Positions 49,978 to 59,304 of a stretch of DNA of 59,304 nucleotides are shown piece after piece. Within the stretch, counting starts at the first letter, position 1; each line of letters opens with the position of its first letter. The notes beneath the pieces were generated by a model, which did not search any database, was not told where the DNA came from, and saw nothing but the letters and a program-made list of their open reading frames with translations. A program made the translations under genes and the position numbers. The DNA is from an uncultured Spartobacteria bacterium. Its GTDB lineage: Bacteria; Verrucomicrobiota; Verrucomicrobiia; Chthoniobacterales; UBA6821. The stretch lies in contig CAIOJL010000005.1 in the NCBI GenBank assembly GCA_903858595.1, positions 1-59,304 of the forward strand, in the 5' to 3' direction.

Positions 49978-51429
49978 TTGCTTGCCATTTTAAAAAATAA
50001 AAAATACCTGCGCTATGCCCTCATCGCTTGCGCCATTGCGGCAGTATCGAGTTGGACGAATTTCGGGCACCTCTGCGGCGATGAATATTCCCAAATCTTT
50101 GAATTTGCGGCCTGGAAACTCGGCCATGTTGATCACGCCGATCTGCGACTCTGGGAGTTTGACAGTCAGATGCGCCCCTCCATCCAAATCTGGATGGTCG
50201 TAGGGGCGTACAGGCTGGCTGGTCTTTTCACGAACGAGGCCAACCCCTTTGCGATCAATTACATCATCTACCTTGCAAGTGGGATTCTTTCGATCGTCTC
50301 GATCTTGGTGTTCACGAATGCGTTCATTCACAGGGTAAAAGAAAATTACCGCGATTATTTCGTTCTCTTAAGTCTCTTCACCTGGCTGGTTCTCTACTCC
50401 AATACCCATTTTAATTCAGAGAATATTTGCGGCCACCTGCTCTTGCTGGCCGTGGGTTTGTTTTACGGGAACCTTCAGAAAACTGGGCGCATTCTTCCAA
50501 TCATAGCTTCCGGAACTCTCTGGGGACTCTCATTTTCGTGCCGCTTTCAAGTCGGCTTTTCGATCCTTGGTCTGATCGTATGGTTTTTCATTATCTCATG
50601 GAGGAGGAAAACATTCGTATCTTGGATACTTCTTTCCGCAAGCCTCCTGCTTTCCATCTCCATATTCACCATCTTGGCGGATTATTTCTTTTACAGCCGT
50701 TTCGTTCTGAGTCCCTATAATTATTACTATCAGAACATTGCCACGGGCACGATGAACCGTGCTTCAGGGGTCTCGCCCTGGTTTGCGTATCTTTTCATGG
50801 TGTCGATCTGCCTGCCTTTCGGCCCCCTCTATGTCTTGGCGGCCATCCGTCAGGCCATCAGGTTTCCCCTCGATATTCTGACCAGCATCATCGCTCCGTT
50901 TGTCCTCTTCCATTGCCTGATTGGACACAAGGAAATCCGCTTCCTGCTCCCGATGCTGGGATTCATGCCGATCCTCATGATGGGGACCCTTGACGAACTG
51001 GTGAACCGCTTCCGTTATTTGCAGAAACATTTGCCTTTGATCATTCGGGTCTTCTGGACAGTGAACATCATTGCTTGCTTCAGCATACTCATTCCTGCGG
51101 CCACAGAAATCGGCGCTTGGCGTTATCTTTACGATCATTACAGGAAGCCGACCCTCCTTTATTACGAGGGAAGCGTTCACCAGAAGCTCCTTTATTACAG
51201 GAGACCCAACCTGCGCATCATTGTGTGCAAAGAAGGCGATCCGACACCATGCCCCTCGGGCTTCAATGCCTTGCTTGCAATCGATGCGAAAAGCAAGGAA
51301 CCGAAACCCAACTTGCCGCAGGCCTACACGTTTTTCCCATTCGGCCTAGATAAAATCCTCCCGGCAGCCATCAAGCGCTCGATCGGTCACTTTGATCTCT
51401 ACGAACTCAAGAATATCGAGTCCGAGTAA
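49978..51429 (+). CDS. polytopic membrane glycosyltransferase, GT22/PMT_2-like (mannosyltransferase-like)
   Basis: 483 aa with about 10 or more TM segments. The first loop has CGDEYSQIFEFA, which resembles the (H)PDE-x-FQ motif of GT-C mannosyltransferases. TTG start, with no in-frame ATG near the N-terminus. Confidence 0.55.
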   Translation: MLAILKNKKYLRYALIACAIAAVSSWTNFGHLCGDEYSQIFEFAAWKLGHVDHADLRLWEFDSQMRPSIQIWMVVGAYRLAGLFTNEANPFAINYIIYLASGILSIVSILVFTNAFIHRVKENYRDYFVLLSLFTWLVLYSNTHFNSENICGHLLLLAVGLFYGNLQKTGRILPIIASGTLWGLSFSCRFQVGFSILGLIVWFFIISWRRKTFVSWILLSASLLLSISIFTILADYFFYSRFVLSPYNYYYQNIATGTMNRASGVSPWFAYLFMVSICLPFGPLYVLAAIRQAIRFPLDILTSIIAPFVLFHCLIGHKEIRFLLPMLGFMPILMMGTLDELVNRFRYLQKHLPLIIRVFWTVNIIACFSILIPAATEIGAWRYLYDHYRKPTLLYYEGSVHQKLLYYRRPNLRIIVCKEGDPTPCPSGFNALLAIDAKSKEPKPNLPQAYTFFPFGLDKILPAAIKRSIGHFDLYELKNIESE

Positions 51430-51483
51430 GACCACTTGGCTCAAACCCTTTACGGAATACAGGCTGGCGGATAAACTACCTGT

Positions 51484-51879
51484 ATGAGCGAAGCGCCAAG
51501 CGCACCATTTTCTGCACAAACTTCTCCAACCCCTTGGAAGATAGGGAATGAAAAGCTCTGCCGAGTCACCGACACAGCCTCCAACCGTCTCACCTCTTTG
51601 CTAACTAAGCAGGGTCGTCCCAATGGGGCCCTGCGCGTTGCCGTGATCGGGGGGGGGTGCTCGGGACTTCAATACAAGATGGATCTCGTCGATGGTCCAG
51701 TGCCGCGCGACATCCTCGTCCCCTCCAAGGGAGTGAATATCGTTATCGACCCAAAGAGTGCCCTCTTTGTCAGCGGCTCAGAGCTCGACTACAGCGATGA
51801 TCTCCAAAAAGGGGGGTTCAAGGTGACCAACCCTAACGCCGTCGCCCACTGCTCCTGCGGGGAGAGCTTCTCGGCCTAA
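51484..51879 (+). CDS. HesB/IscA-family iron-sulfur cluster insertion protein
   Basis: 131 aa with GGGCSGLQY and a C-terminal CSCGESF. It has an N-terminal extension of about 20 aa. Confidence 0.85.
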   Translation: MSEAPSAPFSAQTSPTPWKIGNEKLCRVTDTASNRLTSLLTKQGRPNGALRVAVIGGGCSGLQYKMDLVDGPVPRDILVPSKGVNIVIDPKSALFVSGSELDYSDDLQKGGFKVTNPNAVAHCSCGESFSA

Positions 51880-51907
51880 GAAGAAAAGATTTCACAGGCT
51901 GTGAATT

Positions 51908-52450
51908 ATGAATCCTTTTGATCTCCTTGGACTCTCTCGTCGTCCCCTGCTTTCCGATGAAGAAATCGGATCAGCCTACCGGAAACTGGCCGGTGAGTCC
52001 CATCCGGATCAGAGCGGTGGTGATGCAGCCATCTTCCGCGAGATCAGTGAGGCAGCAGCGATCCTACGTGATCCTTCCCGACGTCTCCGCCAGCTTTCCG
52101 GTTCTTCCGTTGGATCGCAGCTTCCACCAGAAGCAGACCAACTTTTTCCTCGGATTGCAACGCTACTCCAACAGGCAGACAACCTGATTAAAAAACAAGC
52201 CGCAGCATCCAATGCCCTGGCGAAGGCTCTATTGGCAGCTCCGATAAAGAACCTGAGGGCTGATCTCGATTCCACTCTCAATCAACTCCACAAATGGAAG
52301 ACTTCACTGGATCAGGAACTGGCCAAGATCGACTCCCGATGGCCCGAGCATGATCCGAACGCTGTCAGCCTACTTGCTGATTCCTATACCTACGCAGGCC
52401 GGTGGGAAAGCCAACTCAGAGAGAGGAAGCTGTCTCTTGATTGTATTTGA
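51908..52450 (+). CDS. hscB: J-domain co-chaperone, HscB-like
   Basis: 180 aa. The N-terminal J domain carries HPD (FDLLGL...YRKLAGESHPDQ), followed by a helical C-terminal domain. It sits between iscA-like and hscA-like genes. Confidence 0.65.
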   Translation: MNPFDLLGLSRRPLLSDEEIGSAYRKLAGESHPDQSGGDAAIFREISEAAAILRDPSRRLRQLSGSSVGSQLPPEADQLFPRIATLLQQADNLIKKQAAASNALAKALLAAPIKNLRADLDSTLNQLHKWKTSLDQELAKIDSRWPEHDPNAVSLLADSYTYAGRWESQLRERKLSLDCI

Positions 52451-52537
52451 TTCACAAGGATGAAGGGGATGAAGGAGATATTATCCAATCAATCAACTCT
52501 TTCTCATCATCCCTTTAATCCCCTTCATTCCTGTGAA
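52451..52537. repeat. long imperfect inverted repeat (20-nt arms) between hscB and hscA
   Basis: TTCACAAGGATGAAGGGGAT (52451-52470) pairs with ATCCCCTTCATTCCTGTGAA (52518-52537) at 16 or more of 20 positions. Additional inner pairing exists (GATGAAGGAGA / TCTCATCATCC). It starts right after the hscB stop. Confidence 0.7.
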
Positions 52538-52582
52538 TCTTTGTTCAAACTGATTCATCCCTGTGATTAAAATCATTTCCAA

Positions 52583-54337
52583 ATGATTGCCGGCATCGAC
52601 CTTGGAACCACTAATTCCCTCATCGGGGTCTATGAAAGCGGCTTCCCCACTCTCTTGGCCGATTCTGAGGGAAAGCGGCTCATTCCCTCCGTGGTCTTTT
52701 ACCCGGAGAACGGAATTCCGGTTGTGGGCCGCGAAGGCCTCCGGATGCAGGCACTCCATCCCGAGCGTGCCGCAGCCTCGGTGAAGCGATTCATTGGTCG
52801 CCGTTTTGGAGAGGAAGAAACAGAGGCGCTTTCTGGCCCCAAGGGCTCTCCCGTCACCCTCCCTATTAACGGGAAAAACCTGACTCCCGAGCAGGTCTCC
52901 GCGGAGATCCTCAAAACACTCAAGGTTGTTGCCGAAGAACGTCTCGGCACATCAGTTAACCGTGTGGTCATCACTGTCCCAGCCTACTTCAACGACGCGC
53001 AACGTGCAGCCACCCGCAGGGCTGGGGAGCTTGCGGGTTTCGTTGTGGAACGCATCCTAAGCGAGCCCACGGCTGCAGCCCTGGCCTACGGTTTGGATCG
53101 CTTACAGGAAAACTCCAAGGTGGCTGTCTACGATCTGGGTGGAGGTACCTTCGACCTCTCGATCCTGCGGCTCGACAACGGCGTCTTCCAAGTACTCTCA
53201 ACCCACGGCGACACTCGCCTGGGAGGTGATGATTTGGATGAAGCGATCGCAGGACTGCTTCTCCGTGAGGCCGGCATCACGGCGTTAACTCTGGAAATGA
53301 AAGTCCGTCTGAAGGAAGCTGCGCGCGCGGCCAAGGAGCTCCTTTCAAACGAAGAATCAACAGCCGTCCTGCTCCCCTTCATGGAGGGATCAAAGAGTCT
53401 TGAGGTTCCGCTCACCCGATCGCAGGTCGAGGAAATCTGTGGACCGATCATCGCGAGGACGCGTGCCCATTGCCTGAGAGCATTGGAGGATGCCGGTTTG
53501 AAGTCCGAGGAGATTGATCAGGTGATTCTGGTCGGCGGCTCGACCCGGATGCCGCTCGTTCAGCGCCTTGTAGCTGAGATCTTTGGTAAGCAGCCGAATC
53601 TCTCACAGCATCCCGACGAGGCAGTCGCTCTAGGTGCCGTCCTGCAGGGAGCGATTCTGGAGGGAAACCTCCGGAATATCGTCCTACTCGATGTCACACC
53701 TCTCTCGCTCGGGATCGAGACCTTCGGAGGCCTCATGAATGTCATTATTCCACGGAACACCACGATCCCTACCAAGGCGGGAGAGATGTTCACCAATGCC
53801 GTGGCCGGCCAGAGCGGCATGAAGATCATTATTCTTCAGGGAGAACGGGAACTTGCCGGTGACAACTGGACGCTCGGCTCTTTCCAGATCCCCTTTCCTC
53901 CCTTACCGAAAGGAGCAGCCCGAGTCGGAGTACAGTTCTCTATCGATGCCGACGGCATCCTTCAGGTGCTGGCCCGGGATACCGTTACGGGTTCGGAAAA
54001 GATCGTTGAGATCCAGAGCGCGGTGGAAGTATCCGATGAGGCCGTCGAGGCAATGCTGGCGGGATCGCTGGAGCACGCCATCGAAGATATGGATGCCCGG
54101 ATTTTCACGGAAGCACGACTCAAGGCCGAGGAGATGCTCCCAGCGGTGAAGGTGGCGCTGGAACAGTTCGGATCCGAACTTCCCGAATCTGAAGTTCTGG
54201 ATATCCGGGAAAAATCATCCGAAGTTCAAGCTGCCCTGGCTTCCAAGGAAACCACCCGACTTAATCAGGCGATCTCATCACTCGACGACGCCACTCAAAC
54301 ACTGGCGACAAAGTTAATCGAGAGGGGGATGGGGTAG
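52583..54337 (+). CDS. hscA: Hsp70-family chaperone, HscA-like
   Basis: 584 aa with IAGIDLGTTNS, DLGGGTFD and VILVGGSTRMP. The protein is short, like HscA, and lies next to hscB/iscA-like genes. Confidence 0.85.
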   Translation: MIAGIDLGTTNSLIGVYESGFPTLLADSEGKRLIPSVVFYPENGIPVVGREGLRMQALHPERAAASVKRFIGRRFGEEETEALSGPKGSPVTLPINGKNLTPEQVSAEILKTLKVVAEERLGTSVNRVVITVPAYFNDAQRAATRRAGELAGFVVERILSEPTAAALAYGLDRLQENSKVAVYDLGGGTFDLSILRLDNGVFQVLSTHGDTRLGGDDLDEAIAGLLLREAGITALTLEMKVRLKEAARAAKELLSNEESTAVLLPFMEGSKSLEVPLTRSQVEEICGPIIARTRAHCLRALEDAGLKSEEIDQVILVGGSTRMPLVQRLVAEIFGKQPNLSQHPDEAVALGAVLQGAILEGNLRNIVLLDVTPLSLGIETFGGLMNVIIPRNTTIPTKAGEMFTNAVAGQSGMKIIILQGERELAGDNWTLGSFQIPFPPLPKGAARVGVQFSIDADGILQVLARDTVTGSEKIVEIQSAVEVSDEAVEAMLAGSLEHAIEDMDARIFTEARLKAEEMLPAVKVALEQFGSELPESEVLDIREKSSEVQAALASKETTRLNQAISSLDDATQTLATKLIERGMG

Positions 54338-54390
54338 TCCTTTCGTAGTCAATCCCCCTTTTAACTTTCATCTTCTAACTTCTAACAACA

Positions 54391-56709
54391 TTGATCGAAA
54401 AACATCTCGTCCAAATCACAACTGAATTAGGCCTCCAGCCCCGTCAGGTTGCCGCCACTGCGGTCCTGCTCGAAGAGGGAGCTACTGTTCCCTTCATCGC
54501 CCGCTACCGCAAGGAACGCACCGGGGAACTAGACGAGGTGAAGATCACCGCGATCCGCAATCGCCTGGAGCAGCTCGAGGTGCTCGACAAGCGGCGCGAA
54601 TCGATCATTGCCTCACTCGAGGAACGCAAACTCTTCAACGAGGAACTCCGCTTCAAGGTGGAGACTGCCTCCAGCCTGAACTCACTCGAGGACATCTACC
54701 TTCCCTTCAAGCCGCGCAAACGCACCCGTGCGACCATCGCGAAGGAACTCGGTCTGGAACCTCTTTCCGATATCCTCTGGGCTCAGGATCCCGCGACCGA
54801 TCCGGAGGCACTTGCTGTCCCCTATGTCGGCAACTCAGTCACCGTCGATGCCAAGACCTCCACCCTCGATACCGTGGCCGCCGTCCTAGCTGGTGCACGA
54901 GACATCCTGGCCGAGCGGATTAACGACGACTCCACATTGCGTGCCCAACTCCGCAGCCTCTACCTGAACAAGGGAGTCATCAAATCGACCCTTATTTCCG
55001 GCAAAGAAGAGGAGGCAGCCAAGTTCAAGGACTACTTTGACTGGAGCGAACCGGCCGCCACTGCGCCTTCTCACCGCATCCTCGCCATGCGTCGCGGCGA
55101 GACCGAGGGATTCCTCTACTTCCGACTCACGCCGCCCCAGAACGAGGCGCTTGGCATTCTCTTCATGCTCTTTGTGAAAGGGAATTCAAGGGCCTCCGAA
55201 CAGGTGAAGCTAGCCTGCGAGGATTGTCTGAAACGACTGGTGGGCTTCGCCATGGAGGTCGAGGCCCGCGGTTTTTACAAGAAGAAGGCCGACGAGGAGT
55301 CGATCCGCGTCTTTGCCGACAATCTCCGTGAGCTCCTGCTAGCCTCCCCTCTCGGACAGAAGATCACGCTCGGCATCGATCCTGGATTCCGCACCGGCTG
55401 CAAGATTGTTCTGCTCGACCGTCAGGGAAAGCTCCTAGCCAATGAGGTCATCTATCCGGGGCGGAGCTGGGGCGAGGAACTCGAAGCCGCCGAGGCCATT
55501 CTGAATATGGTCCGCCTTCACAAAGTGGAGGCCATCGCCATCGGCAACGGCACCGCCTCGCGCGAGACCGAGTCCTTCGTGAAGAAACTCAAACTTCCCT
55601 TCTCCATCCAGATCGTCGTGGTGAGCGAGAGTGGGGCATCCATCTACTCGGCGAGTGAAATCGCCCGTGAGGAATTCCCCGACTTGGACCTGACCGTCCG
55701 CGGAGCCGTCTCCATTGGCCGACGCCTCATGGATCCTCTGGCTGAGCTCGTAAAGCTCGATCCGAAATCGATCGGTGTTGGCCAGTACCAGCACGATGTC
55801 GATCAGGCCGCTCTGAAGCGTTCCCTCGACGATGTCGTCATCTCCTGCGTGAACAAGGTAGGCGTCGAGCTCAACACGGCCTCCCGTCATCTCCTGGCCT
55901 ATGTCTCGGGCCTGAACTCCCGCACGGCGGCGAGTCTCGTCAGCCACCGTGATGCCAATGGCCCATTCAAGTCCCGCGCTGAGCTGCTCAAGATCAGCGG
56001 CCTGGGGCCGAAGGCCTTCGAACAGGCGGCGGGGTTCCTTCGGATCAGCGACGGCGCCCATCCCCTCGATGCCAGCTCCGTCCATCCCGAGCGGTACGAA
56101 CTCGTGGATCGCATGGCGGCAGATATCGGCTGCTCCGTGGCCGACCTGCTGCGAGATCCGGCCAAGCGATCAGCAATCAGGCTCGAGAGCTATGCCACCC
56201 CAGAGGTGGGGCTTCCGACTCTCAAGGACATCGTCGCCGAGCTGGCCAAGCCGGGCCGCGATCCGCGCGAGCAATTCGAGGCCTTCAGTTTCGCAGACGG
56301 TGTCGAGAAAATGGAGGATCTCCAACCGGGCATGAAGCTCCCCGGCATCGTGACGAATGTCACCGCCTTCGGGGCCTTCGTCGACATCGGGGTCCATCAG
56401 GACGGCCTCGTTCATATCAGCCAGATCAGCGACGACTTCGTCCAGAACCCCGCTGAGTTTCTGAAGGTCGGCCAGAAAGTCCAGACAACTGTTATGGAGG
56501 TAGACCTGCCCCGCAAACGCATCGCCCTCTCGCTGAAGACCAAGATCGACCTCACTCCTCGTGATCCTAAGGGCGGGGGAGCTCCGGGTGGTGATCGCCG
56601 CGGTCAGGGAGGCCGAGGAGAGGATCTCAGCCGTTTTATGCGCAACGATTCAGGAAAACCCGGAACCGGTGGAGACTGGTTCTCCAAGGCTCAGCAGAAG
56701 AAATTCTAA
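54391..56709 (+). CDS. tex: Tex-family transcription accessory protein (YqgF/HhH/S1 domains)
   Basis: 772 aa with ATVPFIARYRKERTG, a YqgF-like core and a C-terminal S1 domain (GIVTNVTAFGAFVDIGVHQDGLVHISQ). TTG start. Confidence 0.92.
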   Translation: MIEKHLVQITTELGLQPRQVAATAVLLEEGATVPFIARYRKERTGELDEVKITAIRNRLEQLEVLDKRRESIIASLEERKLFNEELRFKVETASSLNSLEDIYLPFKPRKRTRATIAKELGLEPLSDILWAQDPATDPEALAVPYVGNSVTVDAKTSTLDTVAAVLAGARDILAERINDDSTLRAQLRSLYLNKGVIKSTLISGKEEEAAKFKDYFDWSEPAATAPSHRILAMRRGETEGFLYFRLTPPQNEALGILFMLFVKGNSRASEQVKLACEDCLKRLVGFAMEVEARGFYKKKADEESIRVFADNLRELLLASPLGQKITLGIDPGFRTGCKIVLLDRQGKLLANEVIYPGRSWGEELEAAEAILNMVRLHKVEAIAIGNGTASRETESFVKKLKLPFSIQIVVVSESGASIYSASEIAREEFPDLDLTVRGAVSIGRRLMDPLAELVKLDPKSIGVGQYQHDVDQAALKRSLDDVVISCVNKVGVELNTASRHLLAYVSGLNSRTAASLVSHRDANGPFKSRAELLKISGLGPKAFEQAAGFLRISDGAHPLDASSVHPERYELVDRMAADIGCSVADLLRDPAKRSAIRLESYATPEVGLPTLKDIVAELAKPGRDPREQFEAFSFADGVEKMEDLQPGMKLPGIVTNVTAFGAFVDIGVHQDGLVHISQISDDFVQNPAEFLKVGQKVQTTVMEVDLPRKRIALSLKTKIDLTPRDPKGGGAPGGDRRGQGGRGEDLSRFMRNDSGKPGTGGDWFSKAQQKKF

Positions 56710-56798
56710 GATCCAAAAGATCTCTGCAGTCTCCTCCCCAAATCCCCTGCGGCTGGAAAGGTTTTGCCAGAAGCTGATGAGCATGAAAGAACAGACCC

Positions 56799-57086
56799 AT
56801 GCATGCAGTCATACGCCACTACCACTTCGCCCCCAAGGACAGCAAAGAGATCGACCAGAAAATCGCCGATGAGTTCTTGCCGATCATCCGGTTAGCAAAA
56901 GGGTTCGTCCGCTACTACTGGCTCGACAACGGGAATGGCGAAGGCACCTCAGTCAGTGTTTTCCATGACAAGGATGGTGCGGACGATTCCGTCCGACTGG
57001 CCGCATCCTATGTGCATGAACATCTTGCTGACTTGATGAAGCAGAAGCCGGAGATCATCGAAGGGCCGGTTGTCGTGCATGACTAA
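56799..57086 (+). CDS. small dimeric alpha/beta-barrel (ABM-like) protein
   Basis: 95-aa ORF with coding bias. The pattern is consistent with an antibiotic-biosynthesis-monooxygenase-like fold. Weak assignment. Confidence 0.45.
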   Translation: MHAVIRHYHFAPKDSKEIDQKIADEFLPIIRLAKGFVRYYWLDNGNGEGTSVSVFHDKDGADDSVRLAASYVHEHLADLMKQKPEIIEGPVVVHD

Positions 57087-57178
57087 TTCCCGGAGGCCGT
57101 TACGTCGCTTCGAGCCGGAGCGAGGTATTGCCGGATAAATCTCTTGTTGCGGGGTACTTGCTTCTTGATCATCCGGAC

Positions 57179-58801
57179 GTGATCAAAACACCCCCCCTAC
57201 TCCTCCTTCTCCTCCTTCTCCTCACCCCATCCTTGCTGCGGGCACAAGGAGCACCATCCGCACCCATGCCCTCTCCCAGCACCTCCACAGCGCCTTTTCC
57301 GACTGATGGCCGCGGCAACCCGAAGGTCGCGCATCTCGGTCAATCAGTCGACCAGATGATCTATGATTTCATGGAGGAGCAGCAGATCCCGGGCCTGACC
57401 CTCGCGATCGTGCAGGCCCCCTACATCACGAGGCTTGTCGGCTACGGACTCTCGGACATTGAACAGAGGCGACTTGCCTCCACCAAGACAGTCTGGGCCA
57501 TCGGGCCGATCTCTCAGGGGTATGCCGCCGTGGCCATCATGCAACTCGTTGAGCAGGGTAAGCTCGACCTCCAAGACAAGGCCTCCAAGTACATTCCGGA
57601 TCTCCCTGCGGCCTGGAAGAGCATCTCGATTCTCCAACTCCTTCAGCATGCGAGCGGGATTGCGGATTACCGCTCACAGGGTGTTTATGACACTGCAAAA
57701 GGCCTCCCCCCCGCAGAACTCATCGCGACGCTGAGGGACCAACCTCTCGCCTTTAAGCCCGGCACCGATGTAGCGCAGAGCGCCACGAACTTCCTACTGC
57801 TGGCTCTCATCGTAGAAAAAGCCTCCGGCGCTTCCTACCGGGACTTCGTCTCCAAGAATCAGATCGAGGCACTCCGCTTGAGGCACACTCTGTTTGCAGA
57901 GGATATCTGCAATCTTAAGGAGGAGAACGTGACCTTGAACGCAAACAAGCACAAAGCCTTTCTAACAGATCGCACTCTCATCGATCCGACGGAACACGCA
58001 ACGGGCTACACGGCCGAACTTACACCAGTTCTTGTTTCAACCTTCACGGGTCTCAAGGGCTTCAGTGACATCTGGGCCTCAGCCGAGGATATCAGCCTTT
58101 GGGACATCGGCTTAGCCGGCTCCCTCCTCATCGCCAAACCCGAGAACCGTGCGCTCATCTACCACCCGACCAAACTGGATAACGGCAAGGTAGTTCCATG
58201 CATGGCCGGATGGCAGTTCTACCACCACAAGGGACTGATGGAAATCAAGGGGCACGTTCCGGGCTTTTCCTCCTCGCTGAGCCGGTTCACCGACCCCTCG
58301 GAGTTGGTCTGTGTGACGCTGCTGGCCAATAAGGAAGGGATTGATTTCACCAACCTCGGACGCCGCATCGCATCGGCCTTCGGAAGTTCGCTCCAATCGG
58401 GCGGGGATGACCGGAATGTCTTCTTGAGGGAAAGCTCCTTCGGCGTTGACGAAACCATGGCCCGCATCGAGGCGGAATTGAAAAGGAGGAACATCCCGGC
58501 CTTCGCCAGGTTCGACCATGCGCAGAATGCCAAGGAAGTGAATCTGGAACTGCGTCCTACCCGGGTCATTGTCTTCGGGTCCCCCTCCGTCGGGACGGGA
58601 CTAATGCAAGCTGACCAAAGCATCGCGCTCGAACTGCCGCTTCGGATCTCAGTGTGGGAAGATGCAAAGGGAAGCATCTGGGTGGCCTTCCCTCAGATGA
58701 ACAAGTTGACGGCCGCCTACGGGCAGGAGGGGAATCCCGTTGCCGTCAAGATGCAGTCACTACTAGAGGAGATTGCAGCCAAGGCTTGCTCTGCATACTG
58801 A
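57179..58801 (+). CDS. secreted beta-lactamase-fold protein lacking the SxxK motif, fused to a C-terminal DUF302 domain
   Basis: I prefer the GTG at 57179 (MIKTPPLLLLLLLLTPSLLRAQG signal), while the track starts at the TTG at 57128. The beta-lactamase-fold region has IGPISQGYAAVAIMQLVEQGKL where SxxK is expected. The last roughly 130 aa (ETMARIEAELKRRNIPAFARFDHAQNAKE...LELPLRISVWEDAKGSIWVAF) look like DUF302. Confidence 0.65.
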   Translation: MIKTPPLLLLLLLLLTPSLLRAQGAPSAPMPSPSTSTAPFPTDGRGNPKVAHLGQSVDQMIYDFMEEQQIPGLTLAIVQAPYITRLVGYGLSDIEQRRLASTKTVWAIGPISQGYAAVAIMQLVEQGKLDLQDKASKYIPDLPAAWKSISILQLLQHASGIADYRSQGVYDTAKGLPPAELIATLRDQPLAFKPGTDVAQSATNFLLLALIVEKASGASYRDFVSKNQIEALRLRHTLFAEDICNLKEENVTLNANKHKAFLTDRTLIDPTEHATGYTAELTPVLVSTFTGLKGFSDIWASAEDISLWDIGLAGSLLIAKPENRALIYHPTKLDNGKVVPCMAGWQFYHHKGLMEIKGHVPGFSSSLSRFTDPSELVCVTLLANKEGIDFTNLGRRIASAFGSSLQSGGDDRNVFLRESSFGVDETMARIEAELKRRNIPAFARFDHAQNAKEVNLELRPTRVIVFGSPSVGTGLMQADQSIALELPLRISVWEDAKGSIWVAFPQMNKLTAAYGQEGNPVAVKMQSLLEEIAAKACSAY

Positions 58802-58835
58802 AATCATGGGGCAGAGCCTCCCCACCAGCCTAATT

Positions 58836-59304
58836 CTAGAAGCTCAGAGGACCGGTCCAGCGCTCCGTCCGAGACCTCCAATCAGGGGAGAGTGTGATCT
58901 CGAGTAGCTTTTTGTTGATTTCCGAAAACTCAGGAAGGCCGGGCCTGGTGGCCATGGCATAGAAGAGGACTTTGGAGCGAACAATAGAAAGCATAAAGTG
59001 CCCGGGGAAATGGTTCATGGCTATATAACTCAGTGGGGTGGCATCACCTCCAAAGGCCGTGATCTCACCCCTATCAAGGGCAGCTAAACCCTCCTCTGGG
59101 CTGGAATACTCCATGACCGGAAGCCCTCTTTCACGAAGGGCAAGATCCAGAGATGAGCCCTTGAATGCACCCGTCCGATAATGAACCAGATCCTCGATCT
59201 GAAAAACCTTTGAACTCGTATTGGCCGCTGTGATTGCAGAGGCAATAGCCCCCGTGAAGATGGCAACAAAACAGATGCCCAAAACAGCCAGAAGATACGT
59301 GAGA
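58836..59304 (-). CDS. partial CDS: C-terminal part of a membrane protein with a periplasmic solute-binding (SBP_bac_3-like) domain
   Basis: The frame is open to the right edge. It has a TM segment (LGICFVAIFTGAIASAI) followed by an SBP-like lobe (LPVMEYSSPEEGLAALDRGEITAFGGD). This resembles GluR0-type channel/SBP fusions. Confidence 0.45.
   Translation of the reverse strand, partial: LTYLLAVLGICFVAIFTGAIASAITAANTSSKVFQIEDLVHYRTGAFKGSSLDLALRERGLPVMEYSSPEEGLAALDRGEITAFGGDATPLSYIAMNHFPGHFMLSIVRSKVLFYAMATRPGLPEFSEINKKLLEITLSPDWRSRTERWTGPLSF

Noticed and set aside
51649-51657. Homopolymers inside intact genes as phase-variation switches: G9 in the iscA-like gene, T8 at 18685-18692 in the DUF218 gene, A8 at 40736-40743 in the ECF sigma gene.
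   Set aside because: All are currently in frame and encode plausible residues (GGG, FF, KK). Without read-level length variation there is no evidence of switching. Only the T8 in the AbiEii gene is associated with an actual frameshift.

Overview
This 59.3-kb window is bacterial chromosome from a diderm organism. The gene content (exosortase/EpsI, monomeric IDH, a four-helix-bundle 'IVS' protein, mostly weak Shine-Dalgarno sites) suggests a PVC-group or Verrucomicrobia-like organism, but that is inference only. Left flank (0.3-10.8 kb): PBP1A, trmD, a GH38-like mannosidase, a phnA/yjdM-like gene, two small hypothetical genes, monomeric isocitrate dehydrogenase and leuCD. Centre (10.8-33.7 kb, all minus strand): a Wzx/BY-kinase/Wza-type exopolysaccharide locus. 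In transcription order it holds a 1485-aa secreted protein, an OM beta-barrel, a Wza-like exporter, a Wzz-tyrosine kinase, a flippase, three glycosyltransferases, an acetyltransferase, DUF218, a priming sugar transferase, an exosortase fused to EpsI, and a TPR protein. The locus is interrupted by a frameshifted AbiEii-like toxin module and a frameshifted four-helix-bundle gene. Right flank (34-59.3 kb): purSQL, an isolated nuoD, tRNA(CAT), an ECF sigma/anti-sigma/HtrA-like operon, sdhCAB, a HAD hydrolase, ilvH-ilvC, class I fbaB, TPR, two beta-lactamase-fold proteins, a GT22-like membrane protein, iscA-hscB-hscA, tex, and a partial channel/SBP gene. No CRISPR array, rRNA, integrase or transposase was seen. 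I cannot prove a single new 'system'. The observations most worth follow-up are: (1) an in-frame TAG at the conserved lysine of ilvC; (2) a 132-bp element present twice, at 162-293 and 17455-17586, that matches nothing I recognise and carries an SD+ATG mini-ORF; (3) an HtrA/DegS-like protein with all three catalytic residues substituted, co-transcribed with an ECF sigma/anti-sigma pair; (4) the exosortase-EpsI EPS locus, which has no visible Wzy or PEP-CTERM cargo, contains a degenerate toxin module and short tandem repeats at gene ends, and is headed by a large uncharacterised secreted protein.
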